Source of the DNA: an uncultured Clostridium sp.
GTDB lineage: Bacteria; Bacillota; Clostridia; TANB77; CAG-508
Assembly: GCA_947575605.1 (NCBI GenBank)
Contig: CANPNZ010000001.1
Location: 69,419 to 133,418 of the forward strand
Reading direction: 5' to 3'
Length of the DNA: 64,000 nt
The notes beneath the pieces were generated by a model that was given only the letters and a program-made list of their open reading frames with translations, had not been told where the DNA came from and ran no database searches. A program made the position numbers and the translations under genes. Below, piece after piece: positions 51,379 to 61,136 of the stretch; the first letter of the stretch is position 1; each line of letters begins with the position of its first letter.

Positions 51379-51843
51379 ATGAAATATGAAGTAGTAGAAT
51401 TAGAAGAAAAGGTTGTTGTAGGAATAAAAATTAAAACAACCAATCAAGAGGGAAAGGCTATGCAAGACATAGGATTCACTTGGCAAAAGTTATTTGCTAA
51501 CGGAATTTATGAGAAAATCGAAAATAAGGTAAATCATAAAACAATAGGATTATATACACAATATGAGGGGGATTATACAAAACCTTATACATTTATAGCA
51601 GGAGCAGAAGTTAGTAAGGAAGTAGAAAAGAAGGAAGAAATAGAAAGTATTGTAATTCCAAAAGGAAAATATGCTAAATTTATCCTAATAGGAGATGTGC
51701 AAAATTCAGTAGGACAAGCTTGGCAAGAAATATGGAATATGGATTTAAAAAGAAAATATACTTGTGATTTTGAAGAATATCAAAACAATTCAGAGGATAT
51801 GCAAAAACAAGAGATTCATATTTATATTGCATTAGATGACTAG
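51379..51843 (+). CDS. GyrI-like small-molecule-binding (effector-binding) domain protein
   Basis: 154 aa, size and pattern typical of SOUL/GyrI-like effector domains downstream of a regulator. Assignment from memory. Confidence 0.55.
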   Translation: MKYEVVELEEKVVVGIKIKTTNQEGKAMQDIGFTWQKLFANGIYEKIENKVNHKTIGLYTQYEGDYTKPYTFIAGAEVSKEVEKKEEIESIVIPKGKYAKFILIGDVQNSVGQAWQEIWNMDLKRKYTCDFEEYQNNSEDMQKQEIHIYIALDD

Positions 51844-51858
51844 AAAGGAAAAAGTAAA

Positions 51859-52497
51859 ATGGCTTTTGATTATAAAAAAGAATATAGGGAATTTTATAGG
51901 CCAAAGAATAAACCTAGTATTGTGAAAATTCCTAAAATAAATTATATAGCAGTTAGAGGAAAAGGAAATCCAAATGATGAAAATGGTGAATATAAAGATT
52001 CAATAGGACTCTTATATGCAATTGCTTTTACTATAAAAATGAGTTATAAAGGCACATATAAAATAGATGGTTATTTTGAATATGTTGTTCCACCACTTGA
52101 AGGATTTTGGTGGCAAGATGGAAGAAAGGATGGCATTGATTATAACAATAAAGACCAAATGAATTTTATCTCTATTATTAGATTACCAGACTTTGTAACA
52201 AAAGAAGATTTTGAGTGGGCTATAAAGGAAGCAACAAACAAGAAAAAAACAGATTTTTCAAAAGTGGAATTTTTAAGTTATGATGAAGGAATTTGTGTTC
52301 AATGTATGCACATAGGTTCCTATGATGATGAGCCAGATACCATAAATTTGATGCACGAATATATGATAGAAAATGGATATGAAGTAGATATTTCTGATAC
52401 TCGTTTTCATCACGAAATTTATCTAAGTGATCCAAGAAGATGTGATGTAAATAAATTAAAAACAGTGATAAGACATCCAATAAGAAAAAAGGAATAA
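51859..52497 (+). CDS. GyrI-like domain protein (second paralogous type)
   Basis: MAFDYKKEYREFYRPKNKPSIVKIP...IAVRGKGNP opening is typical of this family. Confidence 0.55.
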   Translation: MAFDYKKEYREFYRPKNKPSIVKIPKINYIAVRGKGNPNDENGEYKDSIGLLYAIAFTIKMSYKGTYKIDGYFEYVVPPLEGFWWQDGRKDGIDYNNKDQMNFISIIRLPDFVTKEDFEWAIKEATNKKKTDFSKVEFLSYDEGICVQCMHIGSYDDEPDTINLMHEYMIENGYEVDISDTRFHHEIYLSDPRRCDVNKLKTVIRHPIRKKE

Positions 52498-52499
52498 TT

Positions 52500-53384
52500 A
52501 TGGAATTTATAGAAGCAAAAACAATACTTCAAAGAGCAACATATGGAGAAGAATGGTTTGGAATTGATTATAATATGAATCTATACAAAGGGTGTTGCCA
52601 CAAATGTATTTATTGTGATAGTAGAAGTAACTGCTATCAAGTAGAAAATTTTGATAGAGTAAGAGCAAAAAAAGATGAAATAGAAATATTAAATCGAGAA
52701 CTAAAATCAAAAAGGAGAAAAGGTGTAATAGGAATAGGAGCAATGTCAGATACTTATAATCCTTTTGAAAAACAGTATGAAATAACAAGACAAGCATTGA
52801 AACTGATTTCATCCTATAATTTTGGAGTATCAATAGAAACAAAAAGTAATTTAATTGTTAGAGATGTAGATATATTTAAGGAAATAGACAAAAAAGCAGA
52901 TATAATACTTAAATTTACAATTACATCAGCAGATGATAGTTTATCAAGAAAAATAGAACCGGGAGTATGTGTCTCTTCAGAAAGACTAAAAGCAATGAAA
53001 CAATTATCAAAAGAGGGATTATTTGTTGGGACATTATTAACACCAATTATTCCATTTATAACAGATTCAGAAGAGAATATTAGAAACGTAATAAGATTAT
53101 CTTACGAAAACGGAGCAAAGTTTGTTTTTTCAATGGGAGGTGTTACCTTAAGAGAAAATCAAAGAGAATATTTTTATGAACAATTAGATAAGACTTTTCC
53201 TAAGATAAAAGAAAAGTATATTAAAACTTATGGAAATGACTATTTTTGTTATCCATTAAATAGGAACTTAAAAAACATAATTAAAGACGAGTGTCAAAAA
53301 TATGGACTATTTTATAAAATGAGTGATATAGTAAAGGCATATAAAAAAGAAATAAAAAAAGAAGAGCAATTAACCTTTATATAG
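52500..53384 (+). CDS. radical SAM protein, COG1533 / spore-photoproduct-lyase-related family
   Basis: The CHKCIYCDS motif fits CxxxCxxC within YKGCCHKCIYCDSRS. 294 aa. Confidence 0.7.
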   Translation: MEFIEAKTILQRATYGEEWFGIDYNMNLYKGCCHKCIYCDSRSNCYQVENFDRVRAKKDEIEILNRELKSKRRKGVIGIGAMSDTYNPFEKQYEITRQALKLISSYNFGVSIETKSNLIVRDVDIFKEIDKKADIILKFTITSADDSLSRKIEPGVCVSSERLKAMKQLSKEGLFVGTLLTPIIPFITDSEENIRNVIRLSYENGAKFVFSMGGVTLRENQREYFYEQLDKTFPKIKEKYIKTYGNDYFCYPLNRNLKNIIKDECQKYGLFYKMSDIVKAYKKEIKKEEQLTFI

Positions 53385-53509
53385 AAAAAATAGGTAGGGT
53401 ATGTTTGTTTTTTGCTTAAAAAAACGAAACTTAAATTGGTTAAAATATAGTAAATTTAAATAATCTATGCTATACTAATAATCAGTTAATAGAAGATGGA
53501 GGAAAGACA

Positions 53510-54367
53510 ATGATAGATTTTACGAATGCCATAGAAGAATTTAATAATTATAAAGGTTCAGAAAAAAAGAAAACATTAATATACAATAACAAAAAATATT
53601 TAGTAAAGTTTCCAGATCCAATCAGAGAAAAAAATAGAAATATATCCTATATTAATAATGCATTTTCTGAATATATAGGAAGCAATGTATTCAAAATAGT
53701 TGGTTTAGACGTACAAAATACGATTTTAGGAAAATATGAATATAAAGGAAAAGAAAAAATAGTGTGTGCTTGTGAAGATTTTACAGACAATGATAATATA
53801 TTATATGAATTTGAAAACTTAGTATTAAGTACAAATCCAGATAAAAAAATAGAAACAGATTTAAATGATATTATGGAAGTAATAGAAGAAAGCAAAATGA
53901 TAAATACAGAACAAACAAAACAAAAATTTTGGGATATGTTTGTTATTGATAGTTTGATTGGAAATACAGATAGACATAATGGGAATTGGGGATTCCTATT
54001 AAATAAAAAAACGGGAAAAGTAAAGTTTTCTCCTATCTATGATTGTGGTTCAGCTTTCAATCCAATGCTTGAAGATAAAGAAATTGAGGAAATAAGTGAA
54101 ATAGAATTAAAAAATTTAGTAATGAATTGTTATTCTTGTTTAAAAGAAAACGGAAAAAAGATTAATTATATGACATATATAAGACAAATGAAAAAGGAAG
54201 AATGCAATCAGGCCATTAAAAGATTATTTTTAAATATTAATATAGATGAAATAAATAGTTTTATAGAAAATGTAGAAGGTATGTCTAAAGTAAGGAAAAA
54301 TTTTTATAGGATAGTGATAGAAAAACGATATGAAATTTTAAAAGAAGTGTATAACAATATAAAATAA
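53510..54367 (+). CDS. HipA-like kinase-domain protein (HipA_C only)
   Basis: GNTDRHNGNWGFL catalytic-loop motif and a downstream PIYDCGSAF block. No HipA N-domain and no adjacent HipB-like HTH gene. Confidence 0.65.
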   Translation: MIDFTNAIEEFNNYKGSEKKKTLIYNNKKYLVKFPDPIREKNRNISYINNAFSEYIGSNVFKIVGLDVQNTILGKYEYKGKEKIVCACEDFTDNDNILYEFENLVLSTNPDKKIETDLNDIMEVIEESKMINTEQTKQKFWDMFVIDSLIGNTDRHNGNWGFLLNKKTGKVKFSPIYDCGSAFNPMLEDKEIEEISEIELKNLVMNCYSCLKENGKKINYMTYIRQMKKEECNQAIKRLFLNINIDEINSFIENVEGMSKVRKNFYRIVIEKRYEILKEVYNNIK

Positions 54368-54381
54368 ATTAGTAAAAGTAG

Positions 54382-54419
54382 AGATATGAGAAAAGAAAAT
54401 CTTTTTTCATATCTTTTTA
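54382..54419 (+). terminator. rho-independent terminator
   Basis: AGATATGAGAAAAG...CTTTTTTCATATCT hairpin followed by a T-run. Confidence 0.65.
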
Positions 54420-54464
54420 ATTTTTTAATATATATGTAATAGTAAAACAATTTGGAGGAAGGTT

Positions 54465-55265
54465 ATGAAAAAAATAAAATATGGAATAATAGGAATTTTA
54501 GTCATTGCTATATTTTCCTTAAGTATTATTTCAATGAACACAGAAGAGGAAAAAATAACAACCAATGCTAGTACCATAAGTAATCAAAAAATAGGATGGG
54601 GGATCAAAAGAAATGATAATCATGAGCAACCAGACGTAGGAAGTAAAAATAAAAAAGTATTGGAAGAAAATAAAGGAATCTGTTTAGGAAATAAAGAAAA
54701 GAAAGCAATCTATTTAACCTTTGACGAAGGGTATGAAGCAGGATATACGCCACAGTTACTAAATACCTTAAAAGAGAATCAAGTAAAAGCAACATTTTTT
54801 ATCACAGCACACTATGTAAATAGCCAGCCAGACTTAGTAAAGCAAATGATAGACGAAGGGCATATTGTAGGAAATCATACTGTTAACCATAAAAGTATGC
54901 CAGAATTAAACGAAGAACAAATTCAAAAAGAAGTAATGGAATTACATCAAGTAATCAATGAAAAATTCAATTATGAAATGAAGTATATTAGACCACCGAA
55001 AGGAGAATATAGTGAGAAAACATTACAAGTAACTAATCAATTAGGCTATCAAACTGTTATGTGGTCATTTGCTTATGAAGATTGGAACGAAGACAAACAA
55101 CCAGAGGAATCAGACGCTAAAAAGAAAATACTAGATAATTTACACAATGGAGAAATTATGTTATTACATGGGAATTCAAAAACCAATACCAATGTTTTAG
55201 ACGCTGTTATCAAAGAAGCTAAAAATATGGGATATGAATTTAAATCGTTAGATGAATTTGAGTAG
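54465..55265 (+). CDS. pdaA: polysaccharide deacetylase, PdaA-like delta-lactam-biosynthetic de-N-acetylase
   Basis: Signal/TM N-terminus and a NodB domain (YLTFDEGYEAGYT, HIVGNHTVNH, LLHG). Confidence 0.75.
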   Translation: MKKIKYGIIGILVIAIFSLSIISMNTEEEKITTNASTISNQKIGWGIKRNDNHEQPDVGSKNKKVLEENKGICLGNKEKKAIYLTFDEGYEAGYTPQLLNTLKENQVKATFFITAHYVNSQPDLVKQMIDEGHIVGNHTVNHKSMPELNEEQIQKEVMELHQVINEKFNYEMKYIRPPKGEYSEKTLQVTNQLGYQTVMWSFAYEDWNEDKQPEESDAKKKILDNLHNGEIMLLHGNSKTNTNVLDAVIKEAKNMGYEFKSLDEFE

Positions 55266-55269
55266 AAAC

Positions 55270-55448
55270 GATTGAGTGTCCATTGGGGACGGTTCTTTTT
55301 GGGCAAGATGTCCATCAGGGACGGTTCTGTTTGGACATTGCTTTGGAAAATTAATTCTTAATAATTGTTTTGGCTGTCAATGTCCAAACAGAACCGTCCC
55401 TGATGGACATCTTGCCCAAAAAGAACCGTCCCCAATGGACACTCAATC
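55270..55448. repeat. palindromic element with perfect 69-bp inverted repeats, each arm holding two GGGACGG-core units
   Basis: GATTGAGTGTCCATTGGGGACGGTTCTTTTTGGGCAAGATGTCCATCAGGGACGGTTCTGTTTGGACAT at 55270-55338 has its exact reverse complement at 55380-55448. Confidence 0.9.
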
Positions 55449-55465
55449 TGCCAGAAAGGAAGCTT

Positions 55466-55744
55466 ATGAAGAAAAGAAATTATAACAAACTAGATAAAAT
55501 ATTAGAAATGCCAAAAGAGGTTTGTTCTGACATTCCTAAAATAATCATAACAGGATTTGACGAAATGATTATTGAAAATTTTAAAGGCATATTGGAGTAT
55601 GAAGAATTCTTTGTCAGAATTAATACCCATAGTGGCATTATTAACATTAATGGATTCAATCTGAATCTTGAAAATATGACAAATGATGATATTAAAGTGA
55701 CGGGAAAGATTGAAAGTATGGATATTGAAAGAACAGTAGATTAA
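55466..55744 (+). CDS. yqfC: sporulation protein YqfC
   Basis: 92 aa with LEMPKEV...IIITGFDEMIIENFKGILEYEE...I.V.G. RBS AAAGGAAG before ATG 55466. The track extension back to 55370 lies in the repeat. Confidence 0.8.
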   Translation: MKKRNYNKLDKILEMPKEVCSDIPKIIITGFDEMIIENFKGILEYEEFFVRINTHSGIININGFNLNLENMTNDDIKVTGKIESMDIERTVD

Positions 55745-55763
55745 AAGTACAGGGAAAGGACTC

Positions 55764-56957
55764 TTGAGTAAAATGATAATAAAGATATTGATTAGTTATG
55801 TGATTGGCTATTTAGGACTTACCATAGAAGGCTATTATATTGAAAGATTTATTAATATGTGCCGAAGTAATAAAATTGATATATGGCATTTAAAAAGAAA
55901 AAAAGATGTGGAATTAAATTTTAGAGTAGGAATTCACGATTTTAAAGAAGTCTGTAAAATAGCCAGAAAGACAAAATGTAAGATTAAAATAAATACAAAA
56001 AGAGGACTTCCTTTTTTGTTACATCGTTATAAAAAAAGAAAGATATTTTTTGTCTTATTATTCATTATGATAATTTTAACTATGTTATCCTCAAATTTTG
56101 TATGGAATGTGGATATTAAAGAAGAAAATGGGCAGAAATTAGAAAATATAGAAAAAGATATAAAAGAAGCAGGATTAAAAATAGGAGAATGGAAAAGTAA
56201 AATTAATACAAAAGAAATTATTAATAAGATTAGATTACAAAGAGAAGATATTGCTTGGATAGGGATTGAATTAAAAGGAACGAATGCTATTGTAAAAGTG
56301 GTGAAAGCTGATGCTAAGCCTGATATTATAGATGATAACGAATATTGTAGTATTGTTTCTGATAAAGTAGGAATGATAACTAAAATTAATGCACAAACAG
56401 GAACCGCAAATGTGCAAGTAGGAGATACCATTAATATAGGAGATACGCTAATTAATGGATGGATGGAAGGAAAGTATACAGGAATTCGATACGTGCATGC
56501 CAAAGGAGAAGTGCAAGCAAAAGTATGGCATACGAAGTATAAAAATATTCCGTACAATGTTACGGAAAGAGAAGAAACAGGGAATCAAGAAGAAAAATAT
56601 GCTATAAAATTTAATAATTTTAAAATAAATTTGCATAAAGGGGTTTCAAAATTTGAAATTTATGATACAATAGAAACGGAAAACAAAATGAGATTATTTT
56701 CAGACTTTTATTTACCAATTTCGATTCTAAAAACAACCCATAAAGAAGTGGAAGAAATACAAAAAACATATGAAATAGAAGAAGCAAAACAACTAGGGAT
56801 ACAACAATTAGAAGAAGAATTAGACGAAGAAATTGAGAATAAAGAATCAATTGTGGGCAAGAATGTTAATACGTATGAGAAAGATAGCAGTATTGATGTT
56901 TATGTTACATATGAAGTTTTAGAAAATATAGGGACGAATGAAAAAATCGTGTTTTAG
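55764..56957 (+). CDS. yqfD: sporulation protein YqfD
   Basis: 397 aa with a central TM and a position after yqfC. TTG start; alternative ATG at 55773. Confidence 0.85.
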   Translation: MSKMIIKILISYVIGYLGLTIEGYYIERFINMCRSNKIDIWHLKRKKDVELNFRVGIHDFKEVCKIARKTKCKIKINTKRGLPFLLHRYKKRKIFFVLLFIMIILTMLSSNFVWNVDIKEENGQKLENIEKDIKEAGLKIGEWKSKINTKEIINKIRLQREDIAWIGIELKGTNAIVKVVKADAKPDIIDDNEYCSIVSDKVGMITKINAQTGTANVQVGDTINIGDTLINGWMEGKYTGIRYVHAKGEVQAKVWHTKYKNIPYNVTEREETGNQEEKYAIKFNNFKINLHKGVSKFEIYDTIETENKMRLFSDFYLPISILKTTHKEVEEIQKTYEIEEAKQLGIQQLEEELDEEIENKESIVGKNVNTYEKDSSIDVYVTYEVLENIGTNEKIVF

Positions 56958-56975
56958 GAAGGAAGAGAATTATAA

Positions 56976-58181
56976 ATGGAAGAAAGAAGCCTTAGAATAA
57001 CAGGAGCAGACAAAACATTTTTCAATAAAGTAACAAGTACATTAACAAGAATATTAATACCAACCAGAATAGGAATTAATGGAATGTTAATTTCCATCAA
57101 AAGAAACAGCATGTTAAAAGCTTTTGAAACCTATACATCAGACAGTGGCAACTATGACAATGAAGAAATGGAAAAAAAATACGATGCAGCTTATGAAGCT
57201 TATTTAGGAGCATTAGACAAATACGTAATGGATTCCATTTACAAAAAAGTAAAAAACAACACAGCTTCTGAATTTGAAAAAAATGCACTATCTCGTTATT
57301 ATGAAGTAACCAGTTTAAAAGAAAGTGAATATATTGAATACAAATATAGAAAACAAAAATATCTAATTGAATTAGATTATCAAGGAATTAAAGTAGACAG
57401 CAAAGAAAAATTAAAAGAAAAATACAACCAATTTTATATTGCCAAAATGGACTTACTATATAAAGCCATCTTAAAAAATTATTCCATTAAAGTAGCAGAT
57501 AATACGAATAGCTATGATTCTTCCAAAGAATGGATTTACACTAAAATCTTTTATACCTTAGAAGAATATATACAAAACATCTTATCTATAAAAATAGAAG
57601 CTAACCAAGAGGAAAGTATAAAAGATGTGGTAGCAGAATATGAAAAATATCAATCTTATGAAGTAGGAAAATTAGACACCAAAGATACCATAGAAAAAAA
57701 TATGATTTTATTAGGGATTAGTAGAAAGTTATTCACGCATAGTTTGCCATTAATAGTAGCAGAGCAATGTTACGAGAAATTATTAAAAGATGCTAGAATA
57801 TTAGTACAAGACACAAAAATGGCAGCCAAAAGAGAAAGAGCTTATTCTATGTTAATCAATTTAATCGAGGACTATAACATCAAATTATTATCAACCAAGG
57901 TATATTGGGATACACAAAAAGAAAAAGATGCCTACAAAGTATTTTGGAATCGTTACAAAGAGATTGCCAAATTAAAAGAAATCGATTTTATTGAATATGT
58001 GAAACAAAAAGAAATTCTATTTATCAAAGATGACATGAAAAAATTAAAAGAAGGAAAAATAGATTATTCTAAAATAGCTACTTATTATAAAAGAAAATTA
58101 GTAGACTATGGAGCTATGAGACAAGTCAAAAGTTCCTTTAAATCAGAAGGGAAATACATAAAAGTTAAGGAAGTAGCATAA
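56976..58181 (+). CDS. hypothetical protein (401 aa, Lys/Glu/Tyr-rich, no recognisable domain)
   Basis: Intact ORF with an RBS, occupying the slot between yqfD and ybeY. Confidence 0.5.
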   Translation: MEERSLRITGADKTFFNKVTSTLTRILIPTRIGINGMLISIKRNSMLKAFETYTSDSGNYDNEEMEKKYDAAYEAYLGALDKYVMDSIYKKVKNNTASEFEKNALSRYYEVTSLKESEYIEYKYRKQKYLIELDYQGIKVDSKEKLKEKYNQFYIAKMDLLYKAILKNYSIKVADNTNSYDSSKEWIYTKIFYTLEEYIQNILSIKIEANQEESIKDVVAEYEKYQSYEVGKLDTKDTIEKNMILLGISRKLFTHSLPLIVAEQCYEKLLKDARILVQDTKMAAKRERAYSMLINLIEDYNIKLLSTKVYWDTQKEKDAYKVFWNRYKEIAKLKEIDFIEYVKQKEILFIKDDMKKLKEGKIDYSKIATYYKRKLVDYGAMRQVKSSFKSEGKYIKVKEVA

Positions 58182-58182
58182 T

Positions 58183-58656
58183 ATGTATGAGATATTATAT
58201 CAAGGAATAGAAGAAAAAAAGGAATATGAACAAATTGTAAAGAAAGTATTAATGCAGTGTTTTAAAGAAGAAGGACTCAACCATTCGAAGTTATGTATTA
58301 CTGTTACATTAACAACACCACAAAATATACAAAAAATTAACAAAGAGTATAGAGGAATTGATAAAGCAACTGATGTACTTTCTTTTCCCATATTTGAGAA
58401 GGACGAGTTAGCACAAAAATTAAGTCAAAATGAATTTACTCATGAAGATATGTTAGGAGACATCATTATTTCCATTGAAAAAGTAGAAGAACAAGCTGCG
58501 GAATATCAGCATAGTTTTGAAAGAGAATTAAGCTACATGATAGTACATGGTTTTTATCATCTAATGGGATATGACCATATAAAAGAGGCGGACAAGATAG
58601 AAATGAGACCTAAAGAAGAAAAAGTATTAAACGATTTAAAGATAAATCGAAAATAG
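58183..58656 (+). CDS. ybeY: rRNA maturation endoribonuclease YbeY
   Basis: Zinc motif HGFYHLMGYDH; 157 aa. Confidence 0.92.
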   Translation: MYEILYQGIEEKKEYEQIVKKVLMQCFKEEGLNHSKLCITVTLTTPQNIQKINKEYRGIDKATDVLSFPIFEKDELAQKLSQNEFTHEDMLGDIIISIEKVEEQAAEYQHSFERELSYMIVHGFYHLMGYDHIKEADKIEMRPKEEKVLNDLKINRK

Positions 58657-58665
58657 GAGGGAAAA

Positions 58666-59763
58666 GTGCATATGAGAAACAATGGTAAAAGAAGTAAAAA
58701 AAAGAAAAATGGAACCAAAATATTAATCATAGCTCTAGTGGTTTTTATTATAGTAGCAGGAGGGGTATTAGCTTACAATATTGTAAAAGATAAGAACAAT
58801 CAAGAGACCTCAGTAGGAGAAAATATACCAGAACCAGTGAAAGAAGAGAAAACAGTACAAATTTTTAAAGGAAATGATAGGCCAATTGCTATCATGATTG
58901 ATAATCATAGTGATGCTTGGCCACAAGCGGGATTACAAAAAGCTTACATGGTTTATGAAATCGTGGTAGAAGGTGGAGAAACTAGATTAATGGCATTATT
59001 TAAAGGAACCGATGCTGAAAAAATTGGACCAGTAAGAAGTGCAAGACATTATTTCCTAGATTATGCGATGGAAAATGATGCGATTTATGCACATTTTGGA
59101 GAAAGTCCACAAGCAGATAGTGATATTAGAAAATATAGTATCAATGAAATAGACGGAATTGCAGAAGATGGAACTACTTTTAAAAGAGTAAAAGACAAAG
59201 CAGCACCACATAATGCAGTAACCAGTATGGCTAAATTACTAGACTCTGCTAAAAATAAAAAATTCAGAATGACATCTGATAAAGATAGTGTATTAAATTA
59301 TGTAACAGATGAGGTAACCTTAGAAGAAGGGCAAGGAGCAATTAGTGTAACCATTCCACACTCTCAATTACAAACCGTAAAATATGTTTATGATGAAGAA
59401 GATAAAGTATATAAAAGATATGCGAGAGGCAAAGAACAAACCGATTGGGATACCAAAGAAACCATTACCACTAAAAATATTATCATAACTTTCTGTGATA
59501 ATTATACCTTGACTGATTCTGAAAATAAAGGAAGACAAGGAATCAAAAATATCGGAACTTTTGATGGCTATTATATTACAAATGGAAAAGCAATCAAGAT
59601 AAAATGCATTAAAAATGCAAGAGATGAGCAAACTACTTATCAAGATTTAGCAGGAAATGAAATTAAAGTAAATGATGGTAATACCTTTGTTAATATTTGT
59701 CCAGTCAATAGTAATGTGGTTTTAGAAGAGCCAGCACCAGCCGTTGCACCAGAAGGGAACTAG
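58666..59763 (+). CDS. DUF3048-domain (YerB-like) secreted/lipoprotein
   Basis: N-terminal TM/signal. PIAIMIDNHSDAWPQAGLQKAYMVYEIVVEGGETRLMALF is typical of DUF3048. Confidence 0.7.
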   Translation: MHMRNNGKRSKKKKNGTKILIIALVVFIIVAGGVLAYNIVKDKNNQETSVGENIPEPVKEEKTVQIFKGNDRPIAIMIDNHSDAWPQAGLQKAYMVYEIVVEGGETRLMALFKGTDAEKIGPVRSARHYFLDYAMENDAIYAHFGESPQADSDIRKYSINEIDGIAEDGTTFKRVKDKAAPHNAVTSMAKLLDSAKNKKFRMTSDKDSVLNYVTDEVTLEEGQGAISVTIPHSQLQTVKYVYDEEDKVYKRYARGKEQTDWDTKETITTKNIIITFCDNYTLTDSENKGRQGIKNIGTFDGYYITNGKAIKIKCIKNARDEQTTYQDLAGNEIKVNDGNTFVNICPVNSNVVLEEPAPAVAPEGN

Positions 59764-59766
59764 AAT

Positions 59767-59898
59767 CTTGCGACTGTGCCACTGGGGACGGACCCTTTCA
59801 CACAATCGTTAAATATAATTTTTGCGAGGTGCCCATGGGGCAGTCAATTTTTTGGATCTTCTCCAAAATTTGCCCTTCCCCAGTGGCACAGTCGCAAG
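59767..59898. repeat. palindromic element, variant of the GGGACGG family
   Basis: CTTGCGACTGTGCCACTGGGGA(CGGACC) at the left is inverted against (GCCCTT)CCCCAGTGGCACAGTCGCAAG at the right. Interior holds a related GTGCCCATGGGGCAG. Confidence 0.8.
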
Positions 59899-59920
59899 CC
59901 TAAGAAAGAAGGAGATAAAA

Positions 59921-60256
59921 ATGAATATATATGATACAGCAAATCAATTAGCACAAGAAATCAAGCAATCGGAAGAATATGTGAATTACAAGATGGCAAA
60001 ACAAGCTTTAAATTTAAATACAGCTTTAAAAGAAAAAATGGCTCAATTTGAACAAAAGAGATATGAAACACAGTTAGCTGTTATGCAAACGGGAAAGCAA
60101 GACGAAGCAAAATATAAAGAAATGCAGGATTTGTATGCTGAATTAGTAGAAATTGATGATGCCAAGAAATTTTTTGAAGCAGAGACCAAGTTTAATATTG
60201 TGATTGCAGATGTCAATAAGATAATTGGCGAAGCAATTAGAGATGTAATACAATAA
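59921..60256 (+). CDS. ylbF: YlbF/YmcA-family regulatory protein
   Basis: 111-aa helical protein, IYDTANQLAQEIKQSEEY...FEQKR...KEMQ. RBS GGAG before ATG 59921. The track extension lies in the repeat. Confidence 0.7.
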   Translation: MNIYDTANQLAQEIKQSEEYVNYKMAKQALNLNTALKEKMAQFEQKRYETQLAVMQTGKQDEAKYKEMQDLYAELVEIDDAKKFFEAETKFNIVIADVNKIIGEAIRDVIQ

Positions 60257-60268
60257 ATATTGGGATTG

Positions 60269-60351
60269 TAAAAGTTGATAACTTAATAATATCAGGAATT
60301 AGAAACATAGTAACTTATGCGAACGATTGATATTTTAATTATCAACTTTTA
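60269..60351. repeat. long AT-rich hairpin after the ylbF-like gene
   Basis: TAAAAGTTGATAACTTAATAATATCA is inverted against TGATATTTTAATTATCAACTTTTA. Confidence 0.55.
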
Positions 60352-60373
60352 AAATGCCAAAAAGGAGAAGAAA

Positions 60374-61063
60374 ATGGAATTTATTATAATAGGAATTATA
60401 AGTATAATAGCTATCATAGTTTTAAGATATGTTTTTGATTATAACAAAAAGCAATTGAAACACATAGGAGAAGATAAAGAATTAGATGAATTAGCCAAAG
60501 CTTATCCAAGCAATATAGAAATGTGTAAAGAATACCTTAAAAAACTGGGGAATGAAACAGTTGAAATAGAAGAAAATGAGGGAGCAGCGGCAAGTCTATA
60601 CATAGCTATAACCAATAAGATTTTAATTGCTAATATCCAAAAAAGCTATACTAGAATACAAACAATAGCTCATGAATGTTTGCATTCAATTCAAAGTAAA
60701 AAAATGTTATTGTTTAATTTTATTTTTTCTAATATCTATTTTATTTATTTTATTACTATTTGTGGTTTGATGATTTTTAAAGTATTACCTTACAGAATGA
60801 TGTTTTTAGTTATTTTTTTAATTTTGAGTATGGTCTATTATACAATAAGAGTTTTTCTTGAAAATGATGCCATGATAAAAGCAAAATATTTAGCCAAAGA
60901 ATATATGGAGGAAAAGAAGATTTCTTCTCCTAGTGAAATAGAAAAGCTAGTGGCTGGTTTTGAGAACATTAACAGAGTAGGTATTAAGTGTATCAATTAT
61001 GCTTTCTTTATGGAAATTATGGTTAAGGTTTTTCTAATGGCTATATTGGGTTTGATATTTTAA
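60374..61063 (+). CDS. membrane protein with HExxH motif (putative Zn-metallopeptidase-like)
   Basis: IAHECLHSIQ plus several TM helices. Confidence 0.4.
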   Translation: MEFIIIGIISIIAIIVLRYVFDYNKKQLKHIGEDKELDELAKAYPSNIEMCKEYLKKLGNETVEIEENEGAAASLYIAITNKILIANIQKSYTRIQTIAHECLHSIQSKKMLLFNFIFSNIYFIYFITICGLMIFKVLPYRMMFLVIFLILSMVYYTIRVFLENDAMIKAKYLAKEYMEEKKISSPSEIEKLVAGFENINRVGIKCINYAFFMEIMVKVFLMAILGLIF

Positions 61064-61095
61064 AAGGAGAGAAATACAAAATTTAAAAAGTTGAA

Positions 61096-61133
61096 AAATA
61101 CAGAATTTCTTAAAAAGTAATTCTGTATTTTAT
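61096..61133. terminator. bidirectional terminator
   Basis: AATACAGAATT...AATTCTGTATT hairpin flanked by A- and T-runs, between convergent genes. Confidence 0.65.
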
Positions 61134-61136
61134 GTA

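Noticed and set aside
55276-55485. ORF 55276..55485 and the 5' extension (55370..55465) of the yqfC ORF.
   Set aside because: Both are read through the perfect 69-bp inverted repeat. The real yqfC start at 55466 has an RBS, and the protein begins like other YqfC proteins.
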